Of a stretch of 64,000 bases of DNA, positions 9,933 to 18,688 are shown piece by piece. The notes beneath the pieces are model-generated. The model was given only the letters and a program-made list of their open reading frames with translations. It searched no databases and was not told the origin of the DNA. The translations under genes were made by a program, and so were the position numbers. This DNA is from a virus. Position 1 is the first letter of the stretch, and each line of letters begins with the position of its first letter. The stretch covers positions 1-64,000 of IMG/VR virus record IMGVR_UViG_3300036860_000057, one strand, 5' to 3'.

Positions 9933-11173
9933 TAGAAGCTCCCACTCTCAGTCAGTGCTTCATTAACAGACTTCTTTTCCTTACCAAACGTCTTGCGAAC
10001 CACACTATCCAAAGTGGCAAGTTCACCGCCAGACAGCTTACCTAAAACTCGCTTGCCCTCGAACAATGGTAATTTAGCACTATCCCAAAGACCAGCCAAG
10101 TTTTCCTTAGCCCAGCTTAATCCTTCAGGAGTCCAGTCCAGCAGGATCATGTTACTGTCTTTAGGCGTATCTACAAATGCCTTTACACCTACCTTCTCAG
10201 ACACTACTTCATCGAGAAGCTCAACCAATTCCACTAGCTGCCAAGGCTGAGATGATTCTTCCTGCTTGCGCTTATCCACGTCAACAACACTATTTACCTC
10301 AGACTGAACCCACTCTTTAATATCTACCTTTGGGTAGTTATCTTTCGTGTGAAAGAATGCTACAGCCAATCTCTTAGACTTCTGGGCTTCCCCCACAAAA
10401 ACAGCTAGGGGATTCTGAGTCTCATCTGTACCATAGGGACTCTTTTCAGGATCATTCGTCCATGCCCAATTACCTGTATCTGGATCAGTGTGTGGACAAT
10501 ACAGGCTGATGAATTTTGCAAATCTCTCAGCAACAACACTGGAAACTTCTCCCTCGAAAGGATTTACTATATTCATGAACAAAGTATATCCATTAAAAGG
10601 AGAAGGACGACCATACATGTCACCTACGATCTTGAACAAGAAGTATACAATACTCTGTGTGTAGGTTCCACCTCGCTTGCTGTTAAAAGTCTTTTCAATA
10701 AAACGAACTGGCTCACTTCCATCAATCGAAATGGCCTTTTCAAACTGCCAAGTATACATCTTATCTACATCAGGCAGACATCCCGTTACAGATTTTACCC
10801 AGCCTTTTCCACCCCTTACCTTAGCTGTCTGTACTTGTCCACCAGCATTGGCACGTTCTTGGGCAGCTAGAAGAAATCCTGTTGTGTCACCTTCAGGAAG
10901 CTCCTTCACATCACCACCAAATGCTTTCACCAAAAGAAGAAGCTGGTTGTGATCAGCCGACATAGCAGGTCCCTGCTTGCTACGATCAGCAAGACGTAGG
11001 TGGAATTTCGCTACAATATTTTCTCCCTGTGGAGAAAACACAGGGAGAGGAGGTGTACGTGAGTCATCAAGAGAAAAGAAATCTTCGATTCCATCAACCT
11101 TGTACTCACCATCATCATAAGTTTCAAAGTTATTCTCACGAATTGTACGATTGGAAAAAGGTGTTAGTCCCAT
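9932..11173 (-). CDS. Hypothetical replication-operon protein (413 aa), possibly SSB/annealing
   Basis: Long ORF with AAGGAC RBS; function inferred only from position and the C-terminal Phe. Confidence 0.7.
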   Translation of the reverse strand: MGLTPFSNRTIRENNFETYDDGEYKVDGIEDFFSLDDSRTPPLPVFSPQGENIVAKFHLRLADRSKQGPAMSADHNQLLLLVKAFGGDVKELPEGDTTGFLLAAQERANAGGQVQTAKVRGGKGWVKSVTGCLPDVDKMYTWQFEKAISIDGSEPVRFIEKTFNSKRGGTYTQSIVYFLFKIVGDMYGRPSPFNGYTLFMNIVNPFEGEVSSVVAERFAKFISLYCPHTDPDTGNWAWTNDPEKSPYGTDETQNPLAVFVGEAQKSKRLAVAFFHTKDNYPKVDIKEWVQSEVNSVVDVDKRKQEESSQPWQLVELVELLDEVVSEKVGVKAFVDTPKDSNMILLDWTPEGLSWAKENLAGLWDSAKLPLFEGKRVLGKLSGGELATLDSVVRKTFGKEKKSVNEALTESGSF

Positions 11174-11190
11174 TATAAGTGTCCTTTATT

Positions 11191-11520
11191 TTAGAAAGAT
11201 TGAGTATCTTTAGGTTTTGAGAGTTCAGTAAGTTTCTGTAGTAAATCACGCTGTTGGATTTTTAGATCGATAAGCTGTTCTACGGTTAGAGTATTATAGA
11301 GTTGTTCTTCCTTTACGTCTTCCTTTCCTTTGAGAATGAAGGCTACTACTACTTCTTTACCAGCAGGTTCGATGAATGTCAGTCCACCTTGAGTATCATC
11401 TGATCCAATGCGAAAGGTGAGATCACCCCACATTTTCTGGACTCGCAGATAGCAGTATTTCTCTGTTACTGCTGGCAGAAGAGATGGTGCAGACATTTCA
11501 GTTATTAATTTATCTTCCAT
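11191..11520 (-). CDS. Hypothetical protein
   Basis: Coupled ORF. Confidence 0.65.
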   Translation of the reverse strand: MEDKLITEMSAPSLLPAVTEKYCYLRVQKMWGDLTFRIGSDDTQGGLTFIEPAGKEVVVAFILKGKEDVKEEQLYNTLTVEQLIDLKIQQRDLLQKLTELSKPKDTQSF

Positions 11521-11720
11521 TAGAACATCTCCTCTTTATATTCAGACCAAGCACTAAGTATGAATTTATTTCTGTGTTCTGCACAGCAGAAGTCATAATT
11601 ATATTCTTCTTGATTTCCACAGCAAGAACAAGTATCCACAATCTCTAAATTGTTCCAGCCTTCAGGAAAATAATCGTCTTCAACTTCTATCTTACATTCA
11701 CTGCACATAAACTTTTCCAT
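11520..11720 (-). CDS. Small Cys-rich Zn-binding protein
   Basis: CSEC, CSCC, FCCAEH. Confidence 0.65.
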   Translation of the reverse strand: MEKFMCSECKIEVEDDYFPEGWNNLEIVDTCSCCGNQEEYNYDFCCAEHRNKFILSAWSEYKEEMF

Positions 11721-12041
11721 CTAATTCCCTTTTACAAATGATAGTGCCACACTTGGATCACCATCAATCAACTTGATAAAAAACACTAGGGCTGCTCTCA
11801 TCGCTCTTATGTGCTGATAAAGAAGAGCATCGTCTTTCCTATGAAGTCCATTCTCGTCTGCAAAACGACTCAGTCCTCTTACATAATAACGATGTGCTGG
11901 CTCTTGAAGATAAGGAGGAAGATAAGGAACGGATTTTCCTACGAACTCAGCGAGTTCTGTAGTAGTTCCTTTCCATTCTGCTCCTTGTTCTTTTAGCATT
12001 CGTTCAAGATGGGAGTACCTTCTATCTAATTGCCAACTCAT
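11721..12041 (-). CDS. Hypothetical protein, first gene of the replication operon
   Basis: GAGGAAGG RBS; follows the sigma70 promoter. Confidence 0.7.
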   Translation of the reverse strand: MSWQLDRRYSHLERMLKEQGAEWKGTTTELAEFVGKSVPYLPPYLQEPAHRYYVRGLSRFADENGLHRKDDALLYQHIRAMRAALVFFIKLIDGDPSVALSFVKGN

Positions 12042-12077
12042 GGAGTATTCCTTCCTCGTTTCATGTTAATAATTACA

Positions 12078-12106
12078 ATTATACACCGAGAAGAGGTGTG
12101 CGTCAA
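12078..12106 (-). promoter_or_regulatory. Sigma70-type promoter of the replication operon
   Basis: TTGACG-17 bp-TATAAT; spacer contains a CACC..GGTG palindrome. Confidence 0.8.
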
Positions 12107-12129
12107 GATAATGTTCCTGTAAATAGTAA

Positions 12130-12508
12130 AGCCCCAACACGGATCAGTCAGGGCCTTTACTCTGGGTTTGGTTACTCATCCCACCACTACCAGAATGTGG
12201 ATCGTTCCATGATTGGACAATACAGATATGTTGTAGTTCCACATTTTACTAGCATTCCCATGTTTCCTAGCTGGCAAGTGGACAACCCATCAAAGTAGAT
12301 TAAAAGTGCCAGTTGACGGTAAAGGCTATAGGGACTGGCGGCTCCTTACATTCCACATGTTCAACGGTCAGTGGTCAACCTTCTGCCCTCTCACCACAAC
12401 GGCAGATCGTTCAAACCAGGAGACTGTGCTGTCTCTTGCTGCTGGGTCAGCCCCTCCTGCACATCGGAGGCACGTTTCCGTTTAGGTAAAACCTAATCGT
12501 GTTGGGCT
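12130..12508 (-). ncRNA. Unassigned ~380-nt multibranched structured RNA
   Basis: Closing helix AGCCCAACACG/CGTGTTGGGGCT with many internal helices (CCTCC/GGAGG, GAGAC/GTCTC, TCTGCC/GGCAGA, GCCAGT/ACTGGC, AATGTGGA/TCCACATT, CCACT-TGCCAG/CTGGTA-GTGG); no credible ORF. Confidence 0.7.
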
Positions 12509-12521
12509 AGTGAGTCGCCAG

Positions 12522-12585
12522 TTCTTCTGGAGAGGCTCGAACTCTCAACTGCCTTGCGGCATTTTGCCAATTAAACTACAGAAGA
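12522..12585 (-). ncRNA. Anticodon-less tRNA-like RNA (GCAA tetraloop replaces the anticodon loop)
   Basis: TCTTCTG TA GTTT AATTGGCA AAAT GCC GCAA GGC AGTT GAGAG TTCGAGC CTCTC CAGAAGA A. Confidence 0.8.
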
Positions 12586-12635
12586 AACCACTTCCACTGA
12601 TATATACAATGGGTTCGACAGTTGCCACTGTCTAG

Positions 12636-12707
12636 TGCCCCTACATGGATTTGAACCATGATCCATCGCTTAGAAGGCGATGGCACTTTCCGTTGTGCTA
12701 TAGAGAC
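12636..12707 (-). tRNA. trnR: tRNA-Arg(UCU)
   Basis: Full cloverleaf: acceptor GTCTCTA/TAGGGGC, anticodon arm ATCGC-CTTCTAA-GCGAT, T arm CATGG-TTCAAAT-CCATG. Confidence 0.92.
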
Positions 12708-12715
12708 ATAAGGTA

Positions 12716-12904
12716 ATGGCAGGTTGGATTTGAGAACTCTGGCGGGTTGTTGCCTCTCTTACCAACAGTGCTAAATATACACTCTCTTCTACGCTTCACA
12801 GGCTATGTGCCTCCACTCCAAGAGTATATAGGGGATACGCACTTGATTTCCTCCAGTTTAGTCATAATTATTTAACGTCGCTAGTTCAACAACGACACTG
12901 CCAT
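12716..12904 (-). ncRNA. 189-nt rod-like RNA, 6S-RNA-like size and shape
   Basis: Closing ATGGCAG/CTGCCAT, GAACT/AGTTC, central unpaired region, AGTGC/GCACT, TATAC-TCTT/AAGAGAGTGTATA. Strand inferred from the operon promoter. Confidence 0.45.
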
Positions 12905-12914
12905 ATGGTACAAC

Positions 12915-13059
12915 CTGATCGACTTTCCCCACCAACCGTGAATACTGTCGCCAGCCGATCCTGACAGCCCCTAGCTTATGCTAGATAAAAAGAGTTACGC
13001 CTTTACGCAGCGACTACGGCTTGTTTACTTATAGTCTCTAAGCTGGAGACGTTGACCAG
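12915..13059 (-). ncRNA. Unassigned 145-nt multibranched RNA with possible pseudoknot
   Basis: CTGGTCAAC/GTCGATCAG closing helix; GTCTC/GAGAC with loop GCTTA complementary to downstream TAAGT; AGCCGT/ACGGTT; CTAGC/GCTAG; CTGTC/GACAG. Confidence 0.5.
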
Positions 13060-13119
13060 TCACAGGGGCAGGTGATGACTAACCAGAACTCAAGAATAAA
13101 ACTGCCCCTGCTTATTTAT

Positions 13120-13148
13120 AGAATACCATAGGAAAATATTATTGTCAA
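13120..13148 (-). promoter_or_regulatory. Sigma70-type promoter of the leftward ncRNA operon
   Basis: TTGACA-17 bp-TATTCT with extended TG; predicted start at the CAGGGGCAG/CTGCCCCTG hairpin (13063-13110). Confidence 0.75.
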
Positions 13149-13152
13149 GTAT

Positions 13153-13731
13153 TTAGTTTTCCAACAGACCAAGTTCCTGAGCACCATGCAGCCTTCCACA
13201 CCCTCGACTCATAGCAAACCAAACACTCTCGTCCCATAGATGAGTTCCTACTTTATTATATTCAGGAACATAGAACATATTCCCACCAGGAATAACCAAG
13301 AGATATGGTTGTGCTAGTCTGTCACCATCTCGATAACCAACCAACAGTTGTGCATTATTCAGGTTCGTTCCTACAAATCCACGATCTAAATTAGGAATGT
13401 CCCACAACGAGAAGTATTGATCACAGGAAGGTGCTTGTGTAGCAGTGATCTTCACTTCGATAGTAGGTTCAACTGTTCCTTCTTCAGTAGGATCATCAGA
13501 TTCCTCTGTAGGCTCAGATGTTGGATCATTGGCAACTTCCTCAGTAGGATCAGTGTTATCATCTGTAGGTTCCTCAGTAACGCAGTGTGGATTATCTGGA
13601 TGATCACCATGCTCACATTCGTGACCGGGTGTATCATCACAACTCTTTCCATGACACTCATCAGCGAATGCTATGCTGACTGATAATAAAAATAGAACAA
13701 CCAAGAATATTACGAACATTATCTTTTTCAT
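13153..13731 (-). CDS. Secreted protein with acidic Pro/Thr linker
   Basis: Signal peptide MKKIMFVIFLVVLFLLSVSIAFA; repeated PTEE/DPT segments. Confidence 0.8.
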   Translation of the reverse strand: MKKIMFVIFLVVLFLLSVSIAFADECHGKSCDDTPGHECEHGDHPDNPHCVTEEPTDDNTDPTEEVANDPTSEPTEESDDPTEEGTVEPTIEVKITATQAPSCDQYFSLWDIPNLDRGFVGTNLNNAQLLVGYRDGDRLAQPYLLVIPGGNMFYVPEYNKVGTHLWDESVWFAMSRGCGRLHGAQELGLLEN

Positions 13732-13963
13732 TGAGTTCCTTTATTGTCTGCTAACTTCTGAGTAAGAGATAGAATCACTGATCTGATGATCAGGATGAGC
13801 CTTATCATAGGATGCTGCTACAATCATTGCTATGATGAAAGCGATGAGTATCTTGTCCATTGGTATGCCTCGAAACGATCTAAAAATATCCTAAACGTTA
13901 TAGCACTATGGTACTATAAGAATAGGATATTTACAAATATTTTGAGGCTGTATAACAGAATTG

Positions 13964-14227
13964 TTAGTGACCTAAAAGTTTCGTGAAGATTTTCCTGAGA
14001 AATGATTTAGGTTTAGGAGGAGTTGGTTCATCAAGTCCTAATAATATGTCCACTGATCTGTATTGTCTATATCGCAGCATAACTTTTAGCTTGTGGCGAC
14101 ACTGATCATGCACCTTGAAAGGCACGCCCTTATAATTAAAGATCACTAATGATCTCAGTAGAGGCATGTCACAAACTGGACACTTGTCCAAAAATAAGTG
14201 AGGCCAAGTCATTACCATTCTCTTCAT
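13964..14227 (-). CDS. Hypothetical Zn-binding protein
   Basis: CPVC...HDQC; coupled ORF. Confidence 0.6.
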   Translation of the reverse strand: MKRMVMTWPHLFLDKCPVCDMPLLRSLVIFNYKGVPFKVHDQCRHKLKVMLRYRQYRSVDILLGLDEPTPPKPKSFLRKIFTKLLGH

Positions 14228-14841
14228 CTCAACACCGGATCAGAATATACTGTTCCACCCAACTCTATAGCAAACCACGTTGTAGGTATGGTTGTCTCAC
14301 GCAAATAGCAATCTGCATCAGCACTTCCCCAGTACGTGTCAATAGCCCAATACCATAAACAATGTACTAGGATAGGAACTGTAGTTGTATATCTGTCGTG
14401 GAAACCACAGTCAGTGCTAGGACAATCACGAATTCTGAGTTGTGAGCGAGGCTGATAGTATTGGTAGGTGATGATTTTCACAGGATAGGACAGTTCACCT
14501 ATAGGTGTGGGTGTTAGGAATCCAGTAGCAGCAGGTGTCAATGTTGGTGTGGGTGTTAACGTCTGTGTTGATGTCGGCGTATTAGTCGGCGTGGATGGTG
14601 CTTGAGTCTCTGTAGGAACTTCTGTATCAGTGGCAGTTGGTAAGGCAGTGTTCTCTTGAGTTGGCTCATTGGTTGCTGTCTCAGTTGGTGTGAGTTCTGG
14701 TGTAAAGAAGGTAACTTGAACTGAAGGTTCCGAAGTAGGAACTGTAGCAGGAAGAGTAGGAAAGGTTCCTGTAGGTGTGGAGACACATCCAGTCCATGTC
14801 AATATGGTAATTAGAAATAAAACTCTCTTTAAGTTAACCAA
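14224..14841 (-). CDS. Putative lipoprotein: Pro/Thr linker plus SH3b-like domain
   Basis: Hydrophobic N-terminus ending WTGC; TPT repeats; LRIRDCPSTDC. Confidence 0.7.
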   Translation of the reverse strand: MVNLKRVLFLITILTWTGCVSTPTGTFPTLPATVPTSEPSVQVTFFTPELTPTETATNEPTQENTALPTATDTEVPTETQAPSTPTNTPTSTQTLTPTPTLTPAATGFLTPTPIGELSYPVKIITYQYYQPRSQLRIRDCPSTDCGFHDRYTTTVPILVHCLWYWAIDTYWGSADADCYLRETTIPTTWFAIELGGTVYSDPVLR

Positions 14842-15986
14842 TCGTTAAACACCCACCCAGTAATATTTCCTGTCCTAATATATGACCAGTTATCCAGCAT
14901 ATTCTCTACTTCAACGACTGTACCATTCTGAAGAGTAGTCAACACAGGTGACTGGAAATCAGGATGTGTTCTGACATTCAGTACACGAGTTCCAGTGCTG
15001 ACTATCTTTTCATTAGGTGGACGATGAGTTTCCATGTAAACATTCAGGCATTCAAATACTCTTCCTCTTACATCCCACTGCTGCCATACAGGAGAGAGTG
15101 CTCCAAAACAAAAGATAGTAGCCCCTACCACATAATAGTCTCTATAGAGTTGACGATCTGCCCATTCCAACATCTTTTCATAATACAATGCACCGTCTAA
15201 CTGATGATCATGAGCAGCCCAGTATGCTTGGCACTGAGTCCAAGGCCCTACAGGATAGCCTACCAGCTTATCTATTACATCTGTGCCAGCCCTATCTAGA
15301 CCCAATTCAGTCAACACTATCTTGATACGTGTCCAGCCATTAGGCAGGATGTGAGTTCTCCAGACCTTTCTATAGCGTCCAAACAGCCAGCCCTCTTCAT
15401 AGGTTGGTGGCATTTCTATTCGCTGATTGGCTAGCATCTGTTCACGTTGATTAGGACCATAGAACATATCCATGTACAGCCCACCATATTCGTGTAATCC
15501 TAAGTAGTTACTATAGAGATCACATGCTTCCAGCGCAGGATAGAAATGTTCCCAAGGATCATTCGTATCAGGCTTGATAGGTGGGGAGCCAGTTGAGAAG
15601 TTGCCTATACATGCAGAGAATCCTTCCTCATGCATGATTCTCTGGCGTTCTGCTTCGAACTTTCCATACTGAAGCATCCAGTCCCAGTTGCTCATTTCGT
15701 TAAATGACTCCCACTTGGCCCAAGGAGTCAGTGTCATAGCAGGACGAAAGGCATCTACCCAATACTTAGCTGCACCTACTGGATCAGTGAGAATTCTTCC
15801 ACTCTCCCATCGAGCGAAGTCATCTGCCTGCCCAAAGTCTCTGGCAATATAAACTTTCGTATCGCCATAGACATCATGTATCTGCTTGAGTAGAGAAGGA
15901 GAACCTGTTTTTACTACACGTGCATGTGACAGAGCAGGAATGAGTCCTGTGAAGCTATCAATGATAAAGTAGCCAAGCTTGGTCAC
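14829..15986 (-). CDS. Glycoside-hydrolase-like TIM barrel plus SH3b (candidate cell-wall hydrolase/endolysin)
   Basis: ESFNE, LGLHEY and VLTELG clan-A-like motifs; C-terminal LNVRTHP...GTVV...W...GWV SH3b. Confidence 0.75.
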   Translation of the reverse strand: MTKLGYFIIDSFTGLIPALSHARVVKTGSPSLLKQIHDVYGDTKVYIARDFGQADDFARWESGRILTDPVGAAKYWVDAFRPAMTLTPWAKWESFNEMSNWDWMLQYGKFEAERQRIMHEEGFSACIGNFSTGSPPIKPDTNDPWEHFYPALEACDLYSNYLGLHEYGGLYMDMFYGPNQREQMLANQRIEMPPTYEEGWLFGRYRKVWRTHILPNGWTRIKIVLTELGLDRAGTDVIDKLVGYPVGPWTQCQAYWAAHDHQLDGALYYEKMLEWADRQLYRDYYVVGATIFCFGALSPVWQQWDVRGRVFECLNVYMETHRPPNEKIVSTGTRVLNVRTHPDFQSPVLTTLQNGTVVEVENMLDNWSYIRTGNITGWVFNDWLT

Positions 15987-17243
15987 TTAACCTTCTCCTC
16001 CCGGTAGATACTTATCAGCAAACTTCTCAGTCCCTATCTGAATCACCGACCAAGTAGTAGAACTTGAGCAGGAAGATGTTGATCCCCAATATTCCCCACT
16101 CTTCTCTTCGGCTATGCAGAAAAATTTAACAATGTCGCCTACAGTATAGGTCAGACCTGTCAGGTTAGTGGCGATGTTGTAATCTCTGGAAGTCCTGATA
16201 TTCGTGACACGAGTATACTTATAGTATTCATCTGCATTATAAAACGCAGGAAACGATCCACTGGCAGGCGTAGGAGTCACTACTGATGTTGGTGTGGAAG
16301 TAGGTATAGGTGTAGAACTAGGAACACTTCCACCAGAACACACAACAGACAAGTCGTCTAGGTAATTATTATTGTTTCTGAAAGGCCATAGCCTTATATT
16401 ATCGTAGAAAATAGTAGTCTTAGTGCTAGTTGCTACGAAGTCATAAGACACTTTCGCCCAGCGATCATACACACCATCATCATAACCAAAGGCACGAGAT
16501 TTCAGCACACCGCCAGCAAAAGCATTCGTTCCGCCAGCAGTGTCTACTAGGATATAGAATGTGGCATTTGCCTTGTCATCTGTTGTAAATAAATGACTCT
16601 TGTGCGGATCAAGATCACCATCTGCACCAGACCATGCTTGAACATAGCCAGTTGCAGTACAGGATGATCCTGGAACAGTTGTTATTGTCTGATAAATTCC
16701 TCCTTCTATGGCACGATAGAAACCAAAGTATTCTACTGCATTCGTTCCACTATGAATTCTCAAGGCATCCTGATCTACAGCAGCAGGCTTATATTCTGGT
16801 CTGCCTAATTTTAATCCTGTAGGATTGCCAGTTCCTTGTCTGTAAGCAGGACATCCATCACAGTAAAATGCTGTCCAATCTCTTGGAACAATATGATAGA
16901 ATCCATCACTATGAAGTTTACTAATATATGGTCCTTCCAGTCCACCATCTTTGAACAAGTTAGTTCCCGTTATCTGAGTAGGAACAGCAGTAAGACTTGG
17001 CACTACTGTAGGTGTCTTAGTAGCTGAAGGTACAGCAGTGGGAGAGGGGTTTGGCGGGGTTGGGGTGAGGGTAGCGCTAGCGCTACTGGCAGGGGTAAGT
17101 GTTACTATCTTCTTGCAATAGATAGAACCTGATCCATCTGCATAGAGATCAGCTTTACAGTCAGAAGCATTGAACTCTGTGTGAGTAGCGCCTGCACAAG
17201 CAGTAAGTAAAATAAGTGCAATGAGGATGATGTATCTTTTCAT
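15987..17243 (-). CDS. Lipoprotein with carbohydrate-binding-like domain, Pro/Thr linkers and C-terminal SH3-like domain
   Basis: Lipobox LTAC; NLFKDGGLEG...GGIYQTI...YLDD CBM-like pattern. Confidence 0.75.
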   Translation of the reverse strand: MKRYIILIALILLTACAGATHTEFNASDCKADLYADGSGSIYCKKIVTLTPASSASATLTPTPPNPSPTAVPSATKTPTVVPSLTAVPTQITGTNLFKDGGLEGPYISKLHSDGFYHIVPRDWTAFYCDGCPAYRQGTGNPTGLKLGRPEYKPAAVDQDALRIHSGTNAVEYFGFYRAIEGGIYQTITTVPGSSCTATGYVQAWSGADGDLDPHKSHLFTTDDKANATFYILVDTAGGTNAFAGGVLKSRAFGYDDGVYDRWAKVSYDFVATSTKTTIFYDNIRLWPFRNNNNYLDDLSVVCSGGSVPSSTPIPTSTPTSVVTPTPASGSFPAFYNADEYYKYTRVTNIRTSRDYNIATNLTGLTYTVGDIVKFFCIAEEKSGEYWGSTSSCSSSTTWSVIQIGTEKFADKYLPGGEG

Positions 17244-17425
17244 GAGGCTATCTTACCATATTATGAGGATATGATGTAACTGTGAGGATTGTGAAAACTT
17301 GCACGCAACTAGTTTTATTATATTATATTCTGTAAAGAATCATATAGTATAAAACTATATAGATTCATTGTATGATCTATATAATAATAGTCCTGCTACA
17401 CTATTCGTTCCGCAGTCCTATTATC

Positions 17426-17453
17426 ATTATACCTAGCAGCATAAAACTGTCAA
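17426..17453 (-). promoter_or_regulatory. Sigma70-type promoter for the exported-protein operon
   Basis: TTGACA-16 bp-TATAAT. Confidence 0.6.
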
Positions 17454-17454
17454 G

Positions 17455-17545
17455 TGATTCTAGGAAATTGGATGCTTAAAATATTGATTCTAAAATTCCG
17501 TGCCTAAATATATGACTTCTTAAATTTAGATGCATTCATATAATA
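17455..17545. repeat. Three degenerate ~29-bp tandem repeats in an AT-rich divergent intergenic region
   Basis: gattctaggaaattggatgcttaaaatatt / gattctaaaattccgtgcctaaatatat / gacttcttaaatttagatgcattcatat. Confidence 0.5.
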
Positions 17546-17578
17546 TGTGTGTTATAATATTGTTATTCGGAGGATATT

Positions 17579-17830
17579 ATGGCAGTGTCTTATGAAAATT
17601 ATGATCAGGAAAAGTTAGTTCCATTCTCAACTTATAGTAGTCACATTCTCAGTGTGATGGGAACTGTGTTTTCTCTGCGAGTGATGCTCGAAGATACACT
17701 TCCTTATCTTCCAGAAGGGCATCGATTAGTTATTCAAGATTATATCAAGAAAACATCTGAAGAACTGAAGGAAATTGAATTTTATATGATGAAAATCGCA
17801 GAGAATGAGGCAGACAGTGAAATAAAATGA
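17579..17830 (+). CDS. Hypothetical protein
   Basis: GGAGG RBS. Confidence 0.7.
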   Translation: MAVSYENYDQEKLVPFSTYSSHILSVMGTVFSLRVMLEDTLPYLPEGHRLVIQDYIKKTSEELKEIEFYMMKIAENEADSEIK

Positions 17831-18057
17831 CAGAAAATTGTATTTCTTATAATCCCGATGATGACTCTCCAGTTGAACCAGAATGGGAAACGCTTGTTGG
17901 TCTGATGGCATATAAACTGATGCGAGACAACCAAATGATCCGACATCAGATGGCTTGTAAGGAAGAGAAGGCATTACTTTATATGAACTTTGCACATAGT
18001 ATTTTGCAGTCAGAGGGACTGCTGTTTGTGGATATGGCTGAGGATGATGAAGACTAG
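17827..18057 (+). CDS. Hypothetical protein
   Basis: ATGA overlap with previous gene. Confidence 0.65.
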   Translation: MTENCISYNPDDDSPVEPEWETLVGLMAYKLMRDNQMIRHQMACKEEKALLYMNFAHSILQSEGLLFVDMAEDDED

Positions 18058-18078
18058 TTTAATGGGTGAGGGGATTAT

Positions 18079-18375
18079 ATGTCAGAAAAGAAAGGCGGGC
18101 GTTTAGCTGTAATTTTCGTTCCATTTGATGAAGTTCCTGGGTCTGGGTCTGATCCTCTCGAAGAAATCCTACGTCTATATGTGCGCTGCACAGGTGAAAT
18201 ACACTATAGATACGAACAAGAGAAAGCTAAGTATCTGGATAAGGTTACATCTCAGACTCAATCTGAGTTACTTCACATCCACCTGAAAGCCATGCATGAT
18301 ATAATTGACTTGGGCTATAGCCCGCAGGCTGCATCTGAGATGCTGGGCAGACCAACACTGGATCATTTTAAGTAA
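18079..18375 (+). CDS. Hypothetical protein
   Basis: GAGGGG RBS. Confidence 0.65.
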   Translation: MSEKKGGRLAVIFVPFDEVPGSGSDPLEEILRLYVRCTGEIHYRYEQEKAKYLDKVTSQTQSELLHIHLKAMHDIIDLGYSPQAASEMLGRPTLDHFK

Positions 18376-18434
18376 TTGACACTCAGGATGAAAAGGTGTA
18401 GAATTACATCTTAAAATTATATAAGGAAAGGCGA

Positions 18435-18683
18435 TTGTTTCAGATGAGATACTTTTTTAGTGTGAACACAGATCATTTCGTTACATTTTCTAAGAGTGAG
18501 TATGATCCAGACTTTACTGAGATACATTCTCAAAGTGATGTTGAGTCACTGTTCCTGTTTGCAGAACTACCTAACAGTAAAAAGATAGATGTTATCTTGC
18601 GGGGATTAGATGAAGCATACAGACATGACTATGAAAGCAATCGTATTTTAGAAGAAGCTCGTGATCTTAATATTATTGACTAG
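18435..18683 (+). CDS. Hypothetical protein
   Basis: Follows promoter TTGACA-17 bp-TAGAAT (18376-18404). Confidence 0.6.
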   Translation: MFQMRYFFSVNTDHFVTFSKSEYDPDFTEIHSQSDVESLFLFAELPNSKKIDVILRGLDEAYRHDYESNRILEEARDLNIID

Positions 18684-18688
18684 AAAGG

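Noticed and set aside
12130-12508. RNase P RNA or full tmRNA identity for the 380-nt RNA
   Set aside because: The size fits, but the GAGGAAAGUCC and ACAGAA..CGGCUUA motifs and tRNA-like ends are absent
12932-13050. Plus-strand GCAGCGACTA...TATAGTC resembling the group I intron P7, with a P3-like AACCGT/ACGGCT pairing
   Set aside because: There is no room for P8, no host exon, and it is antisense to the operon promoter; kept only as an unassigned RNA
13063-13110. GGGGCAG start resembling a tmRNA 5' end
   Set aside because: It pairs locally with CTGCCCC (no G-U), with no T arm or CCA
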